A DNA stretch of 35,402 nucleotides from a virus (taxonomy: Duplodnaviria > Caudoviricetes), in the IMG/VR virus record IMGVR_UViG_3300020414_001615, positions 1 to 35,402 of that record. One strand, 5' to 3'. Shown here piece after piece: positions 34,082 through 35,402 of the stretch; position 1 is the first letter of the stretch, and each line of letters opens with the position of its first letter. The notes beneath the pieces were generated by a model. That model saw only the letters and a list, made by a program, of their open reading frames with translations. It was not told where the DNA came from and did not search any database. The position numbers and the translations under genes are program-made.

Positions 34082-34208
34082 TACTTTCTACTTAGCGTAG
34101 TGTGTTAGGCAGGAAAGCTCCCCGCCTGTGTGATAAAAGGGGGAGCACCTTTCAACTGTGAAAACGCTCCTGCTGGTCGTGGCATCTTTTGCCGCGACCA
34201 TTTTTTTT
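34082..34208 (+). ncRNA. Candidate ~125 nt small RNA with an H-type pseudoknot
   Basis: Promoter upstream, terminator downstream; AGGC/GCCT crossed by GCTCCCC/GGGGAGC. Confidence 0.5.
34174..34208 (+). terminator. Intrinsic terminator
   Basis: TGGTCGTGGCA-loop-TGCCGCGACCA followed by T8. Confidence 0.85.
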
Positions 34209-34248
34209 GTACGCGCATGCGAGTGCATAGCCGCGTACCTGCTCAAAT

Positions 34249-34284
34249 AAAAACCCCCGCGCTGGAAACAGGCGGGGGTTTTTT
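34249..34284. terminator. Bidirectional intrinsic terminator
   Basis: AAAAACCCCCGC...GCGGGGGTTTTTT between convergent blocks. Confidence 0.85.
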
Positions 34285-34347
34285 CGTTTCCTACTTTCGC
34301 GGTTTAGGCGGTTTCGGTTTTGGTTTTGGTTTTCCGTAGGCCATAAA

Positions 34348-34572
34348 CTATTTGCCTTCCTCAGTCGGGACGAGGTCAAGGCCAATGCAGAACTTAGGCG
34401 GCATGGGCCGCAGCTCAAGATCCAGCTTTGCACTGGTCGATGGCTCAGTAAACGGAAGCGGGACAGATCCGCCCAAGTCTGCGGTGGAGCAGGAGACGCC
34501 CAACAGGGCGAAAGCTGCAAGCATTGGATACAGGGTCCATTTCATAAGAGTTCCTTTATAGGAAGTGCCCAC
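34348..34572 (-). CDS. Small lipoprotein (likely start MKWTLY)
   Basis: Signal peptide with lipobox-like LLGVSC. Confidence 0.6.
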   Translation of the reverse strand: MGTSYKGTLMKWTLYPMLAAFALLGVSCSTADLGGSVPLPFTEPSTSAKLDLELRPMPPKFCIGLDLVPTEEGK

Positions 34573-34672
34573 TAGATGTCCAGAAGTTTTAAGGCAATAG
34601 CCAGTAAAGCAACAGAGATCAGCAGCATCACCACCGTTACAGCGGGATCATCTATCATATGTGTAGGGGGTT

Positions 34673-35401
34673 TTATTCAGGAACTTCGATAGGTAGATAA
34701 CGATTGTATTCGTTCATCTGATCCATCAAAGGCTGGAGGCGGTGCTGGAGGTTCCGCTTATACAACTCTTCCGCGAACCCCTTGTTGATCGACGGTCGAT
34801 CCATAGCCCCATAAAAGAGAAGCTGGGCTTTGTTTTTACCGATCCCGCTACCCTTCGCAGTCATCATCTCGTATTGTGATTGAGGAGACATACCCAAACC
34901 TTCAAAGCCTCGTGCTACCCTGAGCAGCTCTGCATTTAGAGCACGTTTCCCTTCGTATTCTTCGTTATAGATGTCTTTGATCTCCGCATCTCCGATAGGC
35001 TTTTTACTAAAAAGTTTATACTTCTTATCGGTGACCAACTTCATTCGTTTTGAATGGTCGTGCAGGAATCTTCGATACTGTTGTTCAAGGTCAATCGGGT
35101 GGACCTTGACGGGATAAGCCCCATCCAGAAGCTCGCCCAACGGGGAATCACTGAACTCGCTGTAATCCCCACCTATGGCGTTCCGCGCAGATATAGCGTC
35201 TTCTAAGACACGGGGTTCGTATGCTCCCTTGAAGATATACCCCAGCGATTTAAGCATGGCAGATCCAGCACCATCGACTTCAGGAACCCATATCTCCCTG
35301 TCAGTAGTAGAGTTCTTGTTCTGTAAGACATCCGCCACAGAACCCGCCAGAATCTGGTCGTCGAGATAGGTATCGAAGATCAACCCAGATGCAAACGCAG
35401 C
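34673..35401 (-). CDS. C-terminal part of a larger protein, possibly an internal virion protein; truncated by the window edge
   Basis: Frame stays open to the window end; no diagnostic motif. Confidence 0.5.
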   Translation of the reverse strand, partial: AAFASGLIFDTYLDDQILAGSVADVLQNKNSTTDREIWVPEVDGAGSAMLKSLGYIFKGAYEPRVLEDAISARNAIGGDYSEFSDSPLGELLDGAYPVKVHPIDLEQQYRRFLHDHSKRMKLVTDKKYKLFSKKPIGDAEIKDIYNEEYEGKRALNAELLRVARGFEGLGMSPQSQYEMMTAKGSGIGKNKAQLLFYGAMDRPSINKGFAEELYKRNLQHRLQPLMDQMNEYNRYLPIEVPE

Positions 35402-35402
35402 T

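Noticed and set aside
1-35402. Stop-codon reassignment or prophage boundary
   Set aside because: Genes tile densely under the standard code with all three stops used; no host genes, integrase or att site are seen

Overview
A 35.4 kb piece of a tailed dsDNA phage genome, probably podovirus-like; the host cannot be named from the sequence. No integrase, terminase, tRNA, rRNA or CRISPR array is visible. Positions 1-1.5 kb hold the 3' part of a primase-associated P-loop helicase gene (+). Positions 1.4-19.1 kb are a minus-strand late block with small basic proteins, a lysis cassette, tail/adaptor genes, capsid, scaffold and portal, driven by sigma70-type promoters, several of them apparently leaderless. 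At 19.2-19.5 kb, where transcription diverges, lies a dense run of back-to-back palindromes. Positions 19.5-34.0 kb are a plus-strand early/accessory block of small, often very acidic ORFs plus an AAA+ ATPase / helical protein / HEXXH-vWA module. This block is punctuated by several families of non-coding repeats: a ~101 bp repeat spanning gene junctions, eight copies of a CTGGACTAC-G-GTAGTTCAG hairpin core at gene ends, four copies of an A-tract promoter-like module, and CCTGAA repeats before start codons. Candidate structured RNAs lie at 14.1-14.2, 18.5-18.66, 27.3-27.6 and 34.1-34.2 kb. The repeat-punctuated, cassette-like early region and the candidate RNAs are the most novel-looking elements. 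All family assignments come from reading motifs by eye, not from database searches.
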